A stretch of 64,000 nucleotides of DNA from Toensbergia leucococca (Eukaryota), in assembly GCA_022813965.1 (NCBI GenBank), contig JALDZS010000101.1, positions 1-64,000 of the forward strand. Reading direction: 5' to 3'. Below, piece by piece: positions 1 to 12,800 of this stretch. Within the stretch, counting starts at the first letter, position 1. Each line of letters starts with the position of its first letter. Under the pieces are notes generated by a model that did no database searches, was not told the origin of the DNA, and was given only the letters and a program-made list of their open reading frames with translations. The translations under genes were made by a program, and so were the position numbers.

Positions 1-2049
1 ATAGTACAGTGAAATCAATAAATTAGCTGAATAGATTAATATTGCTCTGACCTTTCTTATGCTATGATCCTTTTTGCGCGGTTTAGTACTAATAATATAA
101 TCACAGCTTTTTAGTTTAGTCATTTCTGTTCATATATTTTTCTTAATATCTAGTTGTGTCATAAATTTAGTTATGATAATAGCGGTAATCAGTTCTAATA
201 TCTCTCATTGATATTTCAGGGTTAGTCTCTTTTATGCATATGTCAGCTAATAATAAGTTAATTTAAACTCTGCTGCTCTAGCATGATAAAGAATGTCTTG
301 TATGTAGACCTTTAAGGTTCTATCTGATCATGCATTATTTATGTAATAATACTCAGAGGTAAGTAGTTGCAGCGTCTGTAACGTGCGTATTTTAAACCTT
401 TTGACTATTTGATAGTAATACTCTTCTATAGTGCAATTTCACAAGAATCTCTTTTTTATTTCAGTGAGTTCTAAGGTGTATCACCTAGTTGCTGACCCTC
501 AGAAGGTCTGATATTATCATCCTCAGTTTCTATTCTTCTTACACCTTTTTAAGGTCTCTGAGGTGATCAATATAAATATAGACATCTTTATAGAAAGTAT
601 GTCTTTTAGAGGTAGAAATTCTGTTAGTATCTGCACAGTCAGGTTTAAAATACTCTACCTCTTCAGAGATTTATTCCTTAAGCTCTTAGAGTTCACAGTC
701 CTGAGGTTCTCATTTCACTGACTTTTTTATGAGTCTTCCTTGATTTGCTTGCTGCTGCATAGCAGTGAAGTCAGTTAGAAATCAGTTTTTCATTTTATTT
801 AGTTACTTCATGAGAATATCAAATGATTGAGTTTGTAATATTTTCTCTGTTGACTCACAGAGATTACCTCAATACTGAAAAGGATCAGGTCTTTCTGTTT
901 ATGCTTTAGCAGCAATGTCAAAAGAAAGTTGCTCTCACTGTTCAGTCATAACTTTTGCATGTGCTGCGTCTTCAGCTTTTTTACAATTCACTATTTATTG
1001 AAGGGCAGGGGTGTTTAGATTATTGATGTCTTTTTTTAAGTTCTGAAAGTCATTGATTGAATCAAATTTATCAGTTAATCCTGAAGGTAACTCAGTGAAT
1101 AATTCAGATGTAGATGAGTCAGCTGTTTTTAATGTTTTTGATTTAAGCTCAGCCTTTTTAGTAAGGTATTTATCAGTTCAACAATAAGGTTTTGTGAGTC
1201 TCTTGAACCTGATACAGACTCTTAAGAATTTATATTAACTATCAGCTCACTCAATGAGATAAGAGAATTCTGAAGAACCTATAAATCTACTATAACTAAT
1301 AGACTTAGGTCTCTTAAATTGAGATCATGTTATAGTTAATCTAAAGTAGTTCTGATTAATGATAAATAGGATGTCAAGACAATTCTGAGACATTCTATCA
1401 TAGTTACAGTTAGTGACTTTGATGTAATCAATTAAAAATCAGAACTGTGGTAAATATTCTAATGAGGGGACTGACTTTGCTGTAAAAGGTCTAAAAGCTA
1501 ATGTCATAGATATCAGAATCAGGCCCAGAGTCTAGTCATGAGGGTATGATTAATAAGGAGACTAAGACTAAGAAAGGAAGATATTTAAGTAATAAGTATT
1601 TACATACAAATACCCTCAGGTGACGGTGCTAGGCCCAATGCGGCTAAGGTGTGTGTCAATGCCCTTAGGTTAGTGTTGAGGCTTAGTGAGCCAGCTAGGT
1701 TATAACAATAGACTGAATTTAGGTGAAGAACTGAATAAATTCAGTAAGTAAGGATATAGTTCTTTGATGAGTAGAATTATCCTAAAAACTCCTACTCAGT
1801 TAGTGATGACTTGAATGATAGTGTACTCAGTCAATGATAAGTAACTTATATAGCAACTAATAACTATTGCTATTATTTGTAAGAGTCTCTTGTGAGATTC
1901 TAAATTCTGATTGTAATTAGAAGATAAATTGCTATCTAAGTGTAAAGCTACTAAATATACTGTGACTATGTCAAGTCACTTAGAGTTCTTGACTCACCTA
2001 TCCTTACCTAACTACTCCTAGCCCTAAGTATGAAAGCAACACTGTAACA
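1..2049 (-). mobile_element. Degenerate LTR retrotransposon relic (5' LTR plus gag), truncated by the window start
   Basis: AT-rich and nearly CpG-free. The minus strand at ~100-700 translates, through many stops, to EEVEYFKPD...HTFYKDVYIYIDHLRDL...*YTLELT...KRFK...ILYHARAA...FMTQLD, resembling fungal retrotransposon gag. A TGTTACA LTR-like terminus starts at 2049 on the minus strand. The inner LTR boundary was not resolved. Confidence 0.7.
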
Positions 2050-2615
2050 AAAAGAGACAAATCTATCAGGTGTAGGTGATATTCTAGGGTCTATAGCCTG
2101 TTTTGCAGCTGTATCTGCTAGAACATTTCCTTTGAAATCTTGATAACCTAAGATTCTGTGTATATGTATCTGAAATCCTTTCTTTTGTAGCTTTAGCAGG
2201 TTCTTATTTATTCTAGCAGTTTAATCAGCTTCTAATTCAGATATAGAACTTATAATTCTCTGAGTAGCAGACTGACTGTCTGTAAAAATTCATTGATATT
2301 TGTTTCTTTATGAGAAGGGTTTCTTTTGTATTTATTTTATAGCTTGTGAAATAGCATATAACTCTTTATCAAAGACTTTTATTAGAGTTTCTAGGTATCA
2401 AGAATTCTTTTCTATATTAGATCTTTTAAAGATAATATGAGAAGCTTCTATGTGTGACTCTCTTTGAGATGCATCTATATAAATCCTAGTAACATTTAAG
2501 GGCAAGGTAGATATAGATTTGATGTGATTCTTTGCTATTTGCTTTTTGTCCTTTGATGAGATAAATAAGTCAACATCCTGTACTAAAGTTCATGGTTTTG
2601 TTGGTGTAAATGAGA
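2050..2615 (-). mobile_element. Relic RNase H domain of a non-LTR (LINE-type) retroelement
   Basis: Minus-strand translation with stops: P*T...RIYIDASQ...VFDKELYAISQAI...*IFTDSQSA...IHIHRILGYQDFKGNVLADTAAKQA, matching the D-E-D-D pattern of non-LTR RNase H. It ends abruptly at the LTR-like terminus at ~2049. Confidence 0.8.
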
Positions 2616-2779
2616 TGTTGATAAAAAAGAAAAGAAAATGAGGGGGTGGTAAGAGAAAAAAAAAGACTAGTGTTCTTGATCAGGTTAGCGTGCCGCAAAG
2701 GTAGGGTTGCCGCGTTTGTAGGTTAACATGAGTATATCATGCATTGCATCAAATATCCTTGATGTTGATAATTTACCTC

Positions 2780-2891
2780 TGTAGCAGCTATCGTCGCTAT
2801 GTTGCAGTCTACTTCGCTATGTCGCTACGGTCGCTACAGTGACTACACTCGCTACATAGCGACGGTAGTGAAAAAACTTTTTACAGATGTG
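2780..2891. repeat. Array of short TCGCTA(C/T) repeats, possible DNA-transposon end
   Basis: TCGCTA at ~2794, 2814, 2822, 2831 and 2849, plus an inverted copy TAGCGA at ~2857. It sits at the boundary between the AT-rich relic and normal DNA. Confidence 0.6.
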
Positions 2892-2955
2892 ACATCAAAC
2901 TTAGAAGAACTGAAAAGCAAGGCCTTTAGAGGTGAGTTTGCGAGATCACCCCTTA

Positions 2956-4654
2956 TTAAAGAGGTGGAGTATTTGGTTCCAGGAGAGAAAGAGCACCACC
3001 GACTAAGTACAGACTCCCAGTAACCAAGGTCTGCGTTCCATTGCCTCGATCGCCGATTTCCCTTGCAAGATTCAACGCTCCTTCAATAGTTGGTTCCGCG
3101 TGTATGCTAGCCTTAGAATCAATACTCTTCCAAGCCTCCACATAAGCCCTTTGAACGTCGAGTGAGAAAGACTTTCCTGAGGGCTGAACACACTGGTCTT
3201 GATGGAGAATTAATGAACTATATTCGGATCAAATGTATGCTTGAGAAGCATACCGACTCTGGTGGTCCCATCTTGCCTTTCTTCGTATGTGGTCAAGATA
3301 ACGTACTGTACACAAATGCCACCCTCTTGCAGAGATTTGGCTACGCTTCTGACGAGCGCCGCTCCGTCTCTTTCAGAAAGTTGGCTGAATATGAGAATAC
3401 GCGTGAGAGGTGCGACATTGCTGAATAGATTAGCTCGGACTTTTGCGTCTTGGGTGAAATACTACTAGATACCTTTGCGTTTCCGGGGCACTCTTAGCAA
3501 ACCACTGGGCTGCTTTTCCTACGCTCATTTCGTTGTGGGCTCCATCAAGGAACCATTGATGGGTTCCTTGAACGATTCGGTGAAAGCGCCCGGGCCAGGA
3601 AAACTGATCTACGCCTCTATGTACATCCTGTGAGGTCATGCGGTCGTGCTCCTTAGGTGCTTTCTGCTCTAGAAAAGCGCTGACGAGAGCGAGAGCTAAC
3701 GAGGAATTCAAAATTTGAACATTTGCCATCAATGCCGATGCGTTGACTGGAAGTACACCATTGATGTCAACGAATCTCAGTGCAACTTCTTTCTCGGTTG
3801 CACGGTACTGTAACACAGCTGCAGCTGCGGGTTCCTGAGGAGCCGAAAAAGCGGGACTCCCATGTTTGAAGATTCCTGCCTTATGCCAGGCAATATTTTC
3901 AATTGACGGACCCAGTTGCTCAACATGATCCATTCCAATGGCCGTAATTCCTGTGGCGACAGGGGTTTGAATAAAATTTGTAGCGTCATACTCTCCACCA
4001 TTGTGAGTCTCGCAGATGGCGACATCAACTCTTTCTCTGATAAACGCGTGGAAAGCTACGAGCATTAAGAGCTGGAGATATCGAGGTGCTGCAGATTCTG
4101 GACCTGACAGCGACAAGCCTCCCCAAACTTCGAAGACGTATTTTGCAAAAGCGTCTTCGGAGAGTGGCGTAGAGTTAATCTGGATTCTTTCCTGCACACG
4201 TTTTAGATGAGGCGATGTATAAAGGCCAATTTTTCGTGGAAATCCAGTCCTCTCTCCATGCGCTCTTAGGAAAGAGTCAGCAAAGGCACATGTGCTGCCC
4301 TTTCCTTTCGTCCCAGCGACATGTATCACATTCAAACCATTCAGATCTGTGTCCTATATCTGTGTTCAGAATCTCCTCGGGAAACATCCAAGAAGTTGTG
4401 GTAATACTGAATGACCAAGCTGTTGTAGCCACTCTCGTATTCCAGCTAAGCTGGGCAACCCTTTCATGGTCGGGATTCCGTTCAAGCTCGGCATCGATTG
4501 CGACTTCGGCGTCATGCTCGCAATAGGCGTTTCCCCTGAAGTAGGCCTGCCTTGGCGCCTTCTACTGTTCAAAAGGGCTATTGCGCTCTGCTGGAGATTA
4601 AAGGGGGATTAGACTTGTTCACAGCACTCCACTTACCTCGTAGCTTTTCGCCAT
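2956..4654 (-). CDS. Folylpolyglutamate synthase-like (FolC/Mur ligase family), divergent paralog, multi-exon
   Basis: ATG 4654 MAKSYE then gtaagt. Motifs HVAGTKGKGST, YTSPHL, ETHNGGEYDATN, IAWHKAGIFK, WPGR, WFLDGAHN, LVTGSLYLVGG. The exon junctions checked join in frame with GT-AG introns. Confidence 0.92.
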
Positions 4655-5530
4655 GTCATGAACGCTGTGAAGTCTCAAGCTCTTGTTCATTCTGTGTCGA
4701 GTATGATTGATTACGTGACATGGGGAGAAAAGACTTTCTCTATTTGTACGTTTAATTGTCAAAAGAGAGGACCTGAAGCCCTAAAGTGGATCAGGATTGC
4801 TGAAGGACTTCCATGCTGTGCGCTGCAACACAGTGGGCGGCAAGGGCGTTTGATATAAATATTCTACCGAGGATGACATGTACCTAGATGATGCAGGACG
4901 GGATGATCCATTTATGCGCTACCCCGTACGCCAGGCCAAGGTCCAATTGTACCACATCGGCTACTTCACCGGCGCCACTAATACAGTACCAAAGATACCT
5001 TAAGGTATGTGTATCCTTTCATCTACCTACCTAGGTAGGTATTCAAACTAGTATTTAAGGGTTTGAATGAATATACATTCACCTCGGCCAATCAAGTCAT
5101 CAAGGTATCGGTACCTATTGCACCGCCTCAGCCTCTCAGGGACGCACCAACGTATATATTCTTGCTAGATAGAAACCACCATTCCGTCCAACAACTCGGC
5201 TGTGTACAAGTTTCGACGTGACGAATAATCCAACATTGTGGGCACAAACATGGCTCGTATTTGCCTCAAAGCTTTGTCCTCGTGCGGGTACCGCAGCCAG
5301 GAAGAGTGACCTGAAACAGTAAGGAACGAACCACCTAACAATCTTAGTTGTAGAAACCCAGGCCTTGCACAACTGCGTTTCATCGTGAGGCTTTTGCGCT
5401 TCTGTCAAATTGGCATGTTCGGGCTTTAAGGTCTCCGGATATCAATCTGTCCTCACATAGATTATATCAATTGGACAGGGTCTCGAAATATTGTTATCAT
5501 CATAGCACCGCCATTGTCTAAGAGACATTC

Positions 5531-6746
5531 ATGATCATGCCCCTGCGCTTTCAGGTCTTCATAGGTCTCGCTGTATTTTTTGTTTTTCTCCTGATTTTTA
5601 GGCATCCCAAGAGAGAGTCTGGGCCATTTGACAGCAGATTCGCCTTTGCAAGCAAGTCGCCCCTAAATCCGGTACAGAATAAGACACTTGGGGTACGGCA
5701 TTCTCCAGAAATCTGATTAATAGTCTTATCTAAGACTGATGGCGAGTGTCCTGGAACAGTTTCAAGAAATTTTCGTTCTCTCTTTACCAGAGCGATCTGA
5801 TAGACGAATACCTCTTCTCCGCGCAGCTGAAGCGACTGATATCAAATTGACCATCTTCGACTCCTTTCGAGGTGACCAGATTCCAGATGAAGAAGTACCC
5901 AAGGTAATATCTGTTCATATCTGAACATCGTGCTGTGGCTGAATTCATTAGGACTGGAGCAAGAAAGATGGCAAAGATGGACATCTGGGCTGTTTCATGT
6001 CCCACGTAAAAGCGTGGCAAAAGTGATGAATTACTTCAAAGCGCGAGCAGATCGTTGACTAACAGCACAACAGAATGATCGATGAAAACCTCACCACAGC
6101 TCTGTTCATGGAAAGCGACGCTGATTGGGATATGCGCATCAAAGAATCCCTCCCTCAATTCGCTGAAGGCGTAAGGCAAATCGCAGACGATCCCAGACCT
6201 CTCACTCCCTTCTATACCAATCCCATCGTCTCTCAGATAAACCCGTACGGTTCCAGTTGGGACGTTATTTACATTGGCCACTGCGGCAGCTTCCCCTCCA
6301 AAGGCAACGGCCGTAGTTATGCCTTCAATGACACCTCCATTCCGGAACGTGGTCACGAATGGGCCTTGACCAGTAAACCCACAGATGCACAGCACCCAAA
6401 TGGTACACGTATAGTTTTTGAGCCTGAAACTACCACGTGCTTGTACGGATATGCCCTGAGCCGCAAAGGAGCACTCAAGATGAAAGAAGCTGTTCTCGCA
6501 GAACCCAGAGCAATGGACCTAGCAATGACAGAGGTGTGCAAGAACAGCGCTTTGCTTAGATGTGTGTCGGTCTTCCCGCAACTGATCACCGATACAAGTT
6601 CTCATTCAAATATTGACCCTCAAGGAGAAAATGCCATGAAGGAGGCTGATGGCGGGGGACATTCGATTCCTTGTTCTGCGAGGGTAAATGCAAAGGCTGT
6701 GCTTGCTGGAGCGACGAGGAAAGATTGGAAGGGACAATGTGAATGA
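5531..6746 (+). CDS. Glycosyltransferase family 25-like, type II membrane protein, multi-exon
   Basis: N-terminal hydrophobic anchor, then FQEIFVLSLPERSDRR, GHLGCFMSHVKAW, ALFMESDADWD, WDVIYIGHCG and CLYGYALS, all typical of fungal GT25. Confidence 0.88.
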
Positions 6747-7056
6747 AATCGGTCTTGGTGGAACCACAGAAGTTGCACTTATAATGCCTTCGATGCTGAT
6801 AAGGTACGCTTACGGGATATCAGAGCCGCTTCGTAAGCTGTACCGAGTTCTGGGCCGTCACAATTGGCCCTGGTGGAAGTCAAAAACCCTGGTCATCAGA
6901 CGTCCAAGAGACGAGGAGTACTGTAGGAGGACATGAACCTTCATAATCATGAAACGCATGTAAAGCATCTGGATAGAAATATTTCTGTCCCCATTGATCC
7001 AAATTCTTGGTAAACGCAACTTATTTATACCTCGCAAGCCAAGCTAAAGAAAAATG

Positions 7057-8880
7057 TTAACCGTCCGAAGACACCAGCTTCGGTACCTTCAAGTTTTTGC
7101 CTTTGCGTTTCCGTATCAGCATCGGAGCCTTTGGGTCCGCAAAAACAATCTCATCCACAGTCTGCTTCACGGGCCTTACCTTCCCTTGCGGGTACTTGAG
7201 ATCATAATCTAGCAAGAAGCAAGCCAACACCATCTTGAGTTCATTTACAGCCAGAGCTCGGCCCGGACAGGCGTGCTTGCCGTGCCCGAAATGCATGTGC
7301 TCTTTGTCGATCATGGCGAATTGATGCCGGGTGCTTTCTCCGGCCTCCTGACGTTTACGGAAATTCCGGAAGGGATCGAAGATTTGGGGGTTTGGAACAA
7401 CTTCAGGGTCTAGGAGGATTGAGGCTGCGGCGATAGCGATAAAGGTTCCTTGAGGGATGTAGGTGCCGTCGGAGAGGGTTAGGGGTTCCATGGCGAGGCG
7501 GTGGAAGGAGGCTGTTTGTTGATAAATTTAACTGTCTTAAGACGAAGAGAGGTTCGACTTACTCAAGAAGGGCGGACTTAGCCTTTGAGACTCTGACATG
7601 AAAGAGTCCAGCTTCCACATTTTCATCAGCGTTGCTTTCTCCCAGCCTCCATCTGCGATCAAGATTTGTTCCACTTCTTCTCTGAGTGGTTCGAGGAGCT
7701 CCGGATGAGAGCAAAGGTCATGAATCGCATGGGATGTTGCTGAAGCAGTAGTGTGGATAGATCCTAGGCCTAGGAATATTTGCCGATAAGCCAGATTCAT
7801 AGGATCTTTTTCGAGCTCGTTGAGGGCGTTATCTCTCATCCACAGCAGAAGAGATGATGCATCTTCGCCGCTATCTACGGTCTCGCCGGACTTCTTCTCT
7901 TCGTGGTGCTCGAGTACTGGGGCTATCAGCTTCGTTGCAGTACTCAGGTTCTCACGCAATCGGTACCAAGTTGGCAAGCATCGCAGTACAAGGGGGAGCA
8001 AAGGCCGTAAAACAGGTGGAAGCATGCGAAGCACGATGACTGTCGTAAAGACGTTCTCTCCCACAACCGTCGAGACTCGAAGCCATTCTTCATTCCGACA
8101 TAACGGAAGCCCTACAATGAATCTTGCCGAGATACGTGCGTATAGCCGAAGGAGAAGATCGCCGACTGGTACCTCGGTCCAGTCTTTCTTTCGAAACCAG
8201 GTGTTAGCCAAGTATGTTCTCTTGATCAGTCAGAGTGATCTAGTACCGTCTGATTGAGGCGCTTCCACCTGCAGGGCGTACTCGAGCTCGTCCCGAACCA
8301 CGTCTACATATGAGCGGAGGTTTGGACTCATCTTCTGATTGAGCGATCTGGAATGTAGGTTGCTTCGAAGGATGGTAGGTAGATAGTAGGGTCCCCGTAA
8401 ATTCTACATAGGAATAATTAAATCCATTCTCTTTGGTCTGCACAATTCTTGGCCCGAACCTCAACATTCGCTTCAGAGCCATTGAGCTTTTCCTCTGGAA
8501 TAGCACGAAGCTCATCGATGTATTTATTGGAGAGAATGAGGATATCGCGATCGTTGCGGCGGATCCAAAACATGCTATCTTTGTACTGCGGTGGAATCAT
8601 TAGGCTGACAATGAACGCGGAGCGTGATACGTACCTTGTCATATCCATCCGTGATTATCGGCCATGCGCCTTTGACAAATCGGAGCCTGAGCCAGAAGGT
8701 TGGCTCCCAGAAAGACCGGTAACCCACAAAAGGGGCGCCGTTCTTTCGGACATGACGGTAGGAAAGCAAATAGATGAGCACAGCAATGATTGTTAACAAA
8801 GATAAAAGAGTGACTTTGTTTTCATAATTCTGAATCGGCTGCCCGCCAGTGGTAAATGGCAACTCAATAGGAAGTTCCAT
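7057..8880 (-). CDS. Cytochrome P450 of the ent-kaurene-oxidase-like secondary-metabolism type, 5 exons
   Basis: TM anchor, I-helix LGSIHTT, KLDSFMSESQR (ExxR), FDPFR and heme motif FGHGKHACPGR. The exon junctions checked join in frame. Confidence 0.93.
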
Positions 8881-9864
8881 GTTCAAGGGTCAGCCAATGA
8901 CTGCTAGAGGGAGATTGAGAGCAGGAGAACGACAAAACGATAGCCATGGTGGAGATGTTGACGGTAGTGCTTATGTGGGGGCAGTACGAGTACAAGAAAG
9001 GCACCTGGATGCGATAAATACCGATAGTAGGGAACACGATCTCACGATGTAACCCAAAGAACCCTGGCCAAAGAACCGGGTGCAGCTGGGATGTAAGATA
9101 TTCTAGTGGAACACCGTGATATTTAAATGCCGTTCACTTGCAAGTTGCACCTACCTACCTACCTACATAAATATGATACACTAGACCAAATCTCATCATG
9201 TCTTACAACCTGCAACTTGTAATTGAAGATTGAAGATTGGTTTTGCCTTAATTTGGCCTATTTAGTCATGACCTAGATTTTGTCTGATTAGAGACAGTAT
9301 GGCCTCCTGTCTCTTGGTAGGAGTGGTAGCACTCGTTGCGGTGCCCTCCAAGACAAGGCCTCTTCTAAATAATAGTCGCAAGCCATTTGTACTCTAGCTC
9401 AATGTCGACACAATATAATCTGTCATCATTAAAACACACCGGCGACACTCCTTCGAATCGAGTCCAGTTACCTGCCGACTAGCGAGCCAATCCACGCCGC
9501 TTACTTCCAACAGCACTCTATGTCTCATCGACAGAAGACGATACGGAAGGTGACTCTGGTTGAGACTGCTCTAGATCATGGTGATCCAAGGCATAGAAGT
9601 GTAGAAGTAGGGGACAAAGACTCATTTACATAACGGGAGTCCTTGGGCACTTCGGGCACTTCGTGTATTTCATGTCGGACCATTTGTCGACCTCCTGAAC
9701 CGAGAGAGCTCGAGCTAGCTTCACGCCTGCTGCGAAAGGACACGTACCTTGCTCGGGGCTGGAGGATGCACATGGCTATTTCAGAGTACCGAGACTGTTC
9801 GAGTCAGCCATTGAATATATAGCAAAACAACACAGAAGTGTGTAGCTAAGCGAGGCGTTCTCCT

Positions 9865-12800
9865 TTATTGTCGCCTCCTCTTGCCTCCTCCTCCACCACC
9901 ACTTTCCGTCTTCCTCTTCTTGCCCTCCCTTCGCCAATAATCATCCTTTTCTCTCTTCTCCCTCTCACTCCTCTTTTCTTCATTGTCAGCAACTTTCTTC
10001 CGGTATCCCTGTTTCCTCTCTTCTTGCGCCACTCGTCTCTTCTCAACCTTCTCCTTCCGCAACGTCATGAGTTTCTGCATCAGATCCCTTGCCCGCTTCT
10101 CTTCACCTCCAACTACTACAGCTCGCTTCTGTAGGTATGTCGCTTTTTTCTGTGGTCTCATTTGCACAATCTGAGACTTGAAAGGAAGGTCAGCAGCTAA
10201 TTGCCGTGGTACACGTAACGGGTTGAAATGCCGTGTGGACCGCTCAATGGAACGATATGCCGAGTTTTTTTGCTGAGGAGTTGGCAGGCCTTGGTCCCGT
10301 CTGACTTCTCCAGTCAGTCTCATTCCCTTCCAACCTTCTTCCACGGCATCTGCTTCCGCCGTCTCCAGTAGATTGGTGACGGGATTATAGAATCGATGTG
10401 GTTTGACAGGATACCAAGCTCTCAAGAAGACAATATCACTCATCAGCACCTTGTCCTCGAAAGTAGCCCGATAATGCCCTTCAGGCTTGCTTAGTGCTCG
10501 TTTAATCTGACCTCGAATACCAGACACGGTCCGAATGCTGGCACCTTCGAATTTGGCAATTTCCAAAGATGTACTGAACATGTCTCGGATGAAGGCAGTA
10601 TTCCTGAAGATCTTGTAAGGGTGGCCAGTGAGCTTCAGCTTTTTAACGATCTCGGTGCTTTCATCTACATTCAAGACCACCCCCGTTGCTGCTACACGAA
10701 ATCCAGGAATTTTGTTTGAGAACGATTGAACGCAGCAAAAGCCCGTGTTCGGTGCGATGAGAGGCCCGTAGAAGGTACCAAAACAATGCATGTGCTCTGG
10801 TGTATATTTCAACATCCGGTTTCTTGTCCTAGAGTCCGATATACTGTACATGGGCAAAGTCTGGAATCTCCTCCAACCTAGCGAGAAGATGAGTGGATCA
10901 TTGGTTTTCAGTATTTTCTTGTGCCATCTATGTCGTTTTATGCGCACCTGTAAGAAGCCAAACCGGTCTTCAGTTGGTGCCAAACCGCCGACGATAACGG
11001 GAAAGCGCGGATTAAAAGTAGTCGCAAATTCGCAAGGTACCTTCTCCAGTACTATGCGAGCATAGGTGCCAGCTTTGTAACCCTCTACACGTACCCTGGA
11101 TTGAGTGTCTAACGATTCGAACTCTAGGCGATTAATTGCAAGCTGCTTCTGAATCTCGGCCTTTTGGGCATCGTACCAATCATCTTCTCCAAATTGATCT
11201 TCGGAATGCTTAGGGTCGTCTTTCCGTACATTAGACCTGTCGTTACCAAATCCTTCGCGGTCTTCCTCCTCAAAGCGAAGCTTAAGCTCTTCTTTTTTCC
11301 TTGCGTTCTTCTCGCGTTCTGTCTTCAGCGTGCTTTGTTCATCTGAGACACTGCTCGTTACTTCAGGGATAGCACCCGTAGCAGCTTCGAGGTCTTCAAA
11401 TGCGCCGTCTCCTTCACCATTCTCATCGTTTTCCATGCCATCAGATTCAGCCTCACTAACATTGCGGTTTGACCCACGTTCTCCCAGGAGGTTTGTGCTG
11501 GCAAAGCGTCGTCGAAGATTCTCAAGATTTTCCGGATTTGTCCACTTTCGTTCTAACATGTCGAAGTCATACGCTGGACCCGATCGATCTACAGGTGCCG
11601 CTTCTTCATCATCGACGTGCTTGGCTTTCCGAAAGAATTCCTCATCCTCGATGTCATCGTCCGTCGAGCTACCGCCTTGTGTCTGCAGGTTATCTGTATT
11701 CCCACGCCATCTATGAACTACTTGGATGGGCGTCAATGAGTCATCATATATTAGTCTTGCAAGATCTGATGCTCGGTATTGCTTTTTGTTACCGAGCAAA
11801 CGTCTTGCGTCTTCCTTTAGATTCGATTTCCATCGCAAAGCTCCGTCATCTCTATCTGAAGTTTCTTCGTCGCTTGGTCCTGTCTCAAGTTCTTGGGACT
11901 CAATACTTGAGATGGAACCGATGTCCGAATCACTGTCGGCAAACACCACTTCATCAATAGTCTTTCTGTCATAGGCTTCATCGTTCATTGGCTTGAATGA
12001 GCGTCCCAGTTTGCCCACGATGACCGCCTCAACAGACGAATGTCTATCATGCTCTTCGTCGTCCTCGGCACTTGAAAACTCCTCATCTTCATCTTCATCT
12101 TCATCTTCTATTTCATTGTCTCCATCCTCTCTTTCTACGACTCTCGCATTTCGTTTTTCCTTTCTTCCAACATCTCCTCTCAGATCTATGTCTTTGCCTT
12201 CTGTGAGTGCTTCCCCACCGTGAAAAAGCCGTACACCATCTTCTGCCTCTCCAAGTAGTCTTCGCTCGCCTTGTAGTCCTACCACCATTTGTTCTCCCAA
12301 ACCTCGATCTTGATCCTCAGCTGCGTCCTTGTCGAAGTTCGATGTTTTCACTTCTATGTAGACAGCATCTTTGTCGACTAGCACACCACCTACATCTGAC
12401 ATTGGAGCAAAGAGAAGCTTTTGTTTCTCGCCAAGCCTTCGCCGCCCAGACTTACCTGATACCTTGGCAACCATTTGATCCATGAATGGTGTAGGACAAG
12501 GGTCTGGAAGAGCCTCGATCAGTGATACACTCAAATCTCCAACACCTGGAACATGTATACGCGCTCCGTCAGCAGGGAAATTAGTTCCCCGAAGATAGCC
12601 GTACAACGCGACAGTTCGGTCGCAGTTGGGATCATCTTCGATCATTGTAGGAGGTGTCAGATCCAAAAAGCGATCTGCGAGGCAATAGGGGTGGGAATTC
12701 CTCCATATTAAAGGCCGCGGATTCTTCATCACAGATATAAACCTTGAAAGGTTGTGCACTTCTCGGTCAGGGTATCTCCCATTGATAACCCCAGACAAGT

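Noticed and set aside
2799..3023. 74-aa plus-strand ORF
   Set aside because: It overlaps the TCGCTA repeat array and lies antisense to the FPGS-like last exon; no family signal.
5136..5408. Two short minus-strand ORFs between FPGS-like and GT25
   Set aside because: No recognisable motif or convincing splice structure; could be a fragment but cannot be supported.
9148..9167. (CCTA)n tracts here and at ~5024-5040 and ~60645-60665
   Set aside because: Ordinary fungal microsatellite-like sequence.
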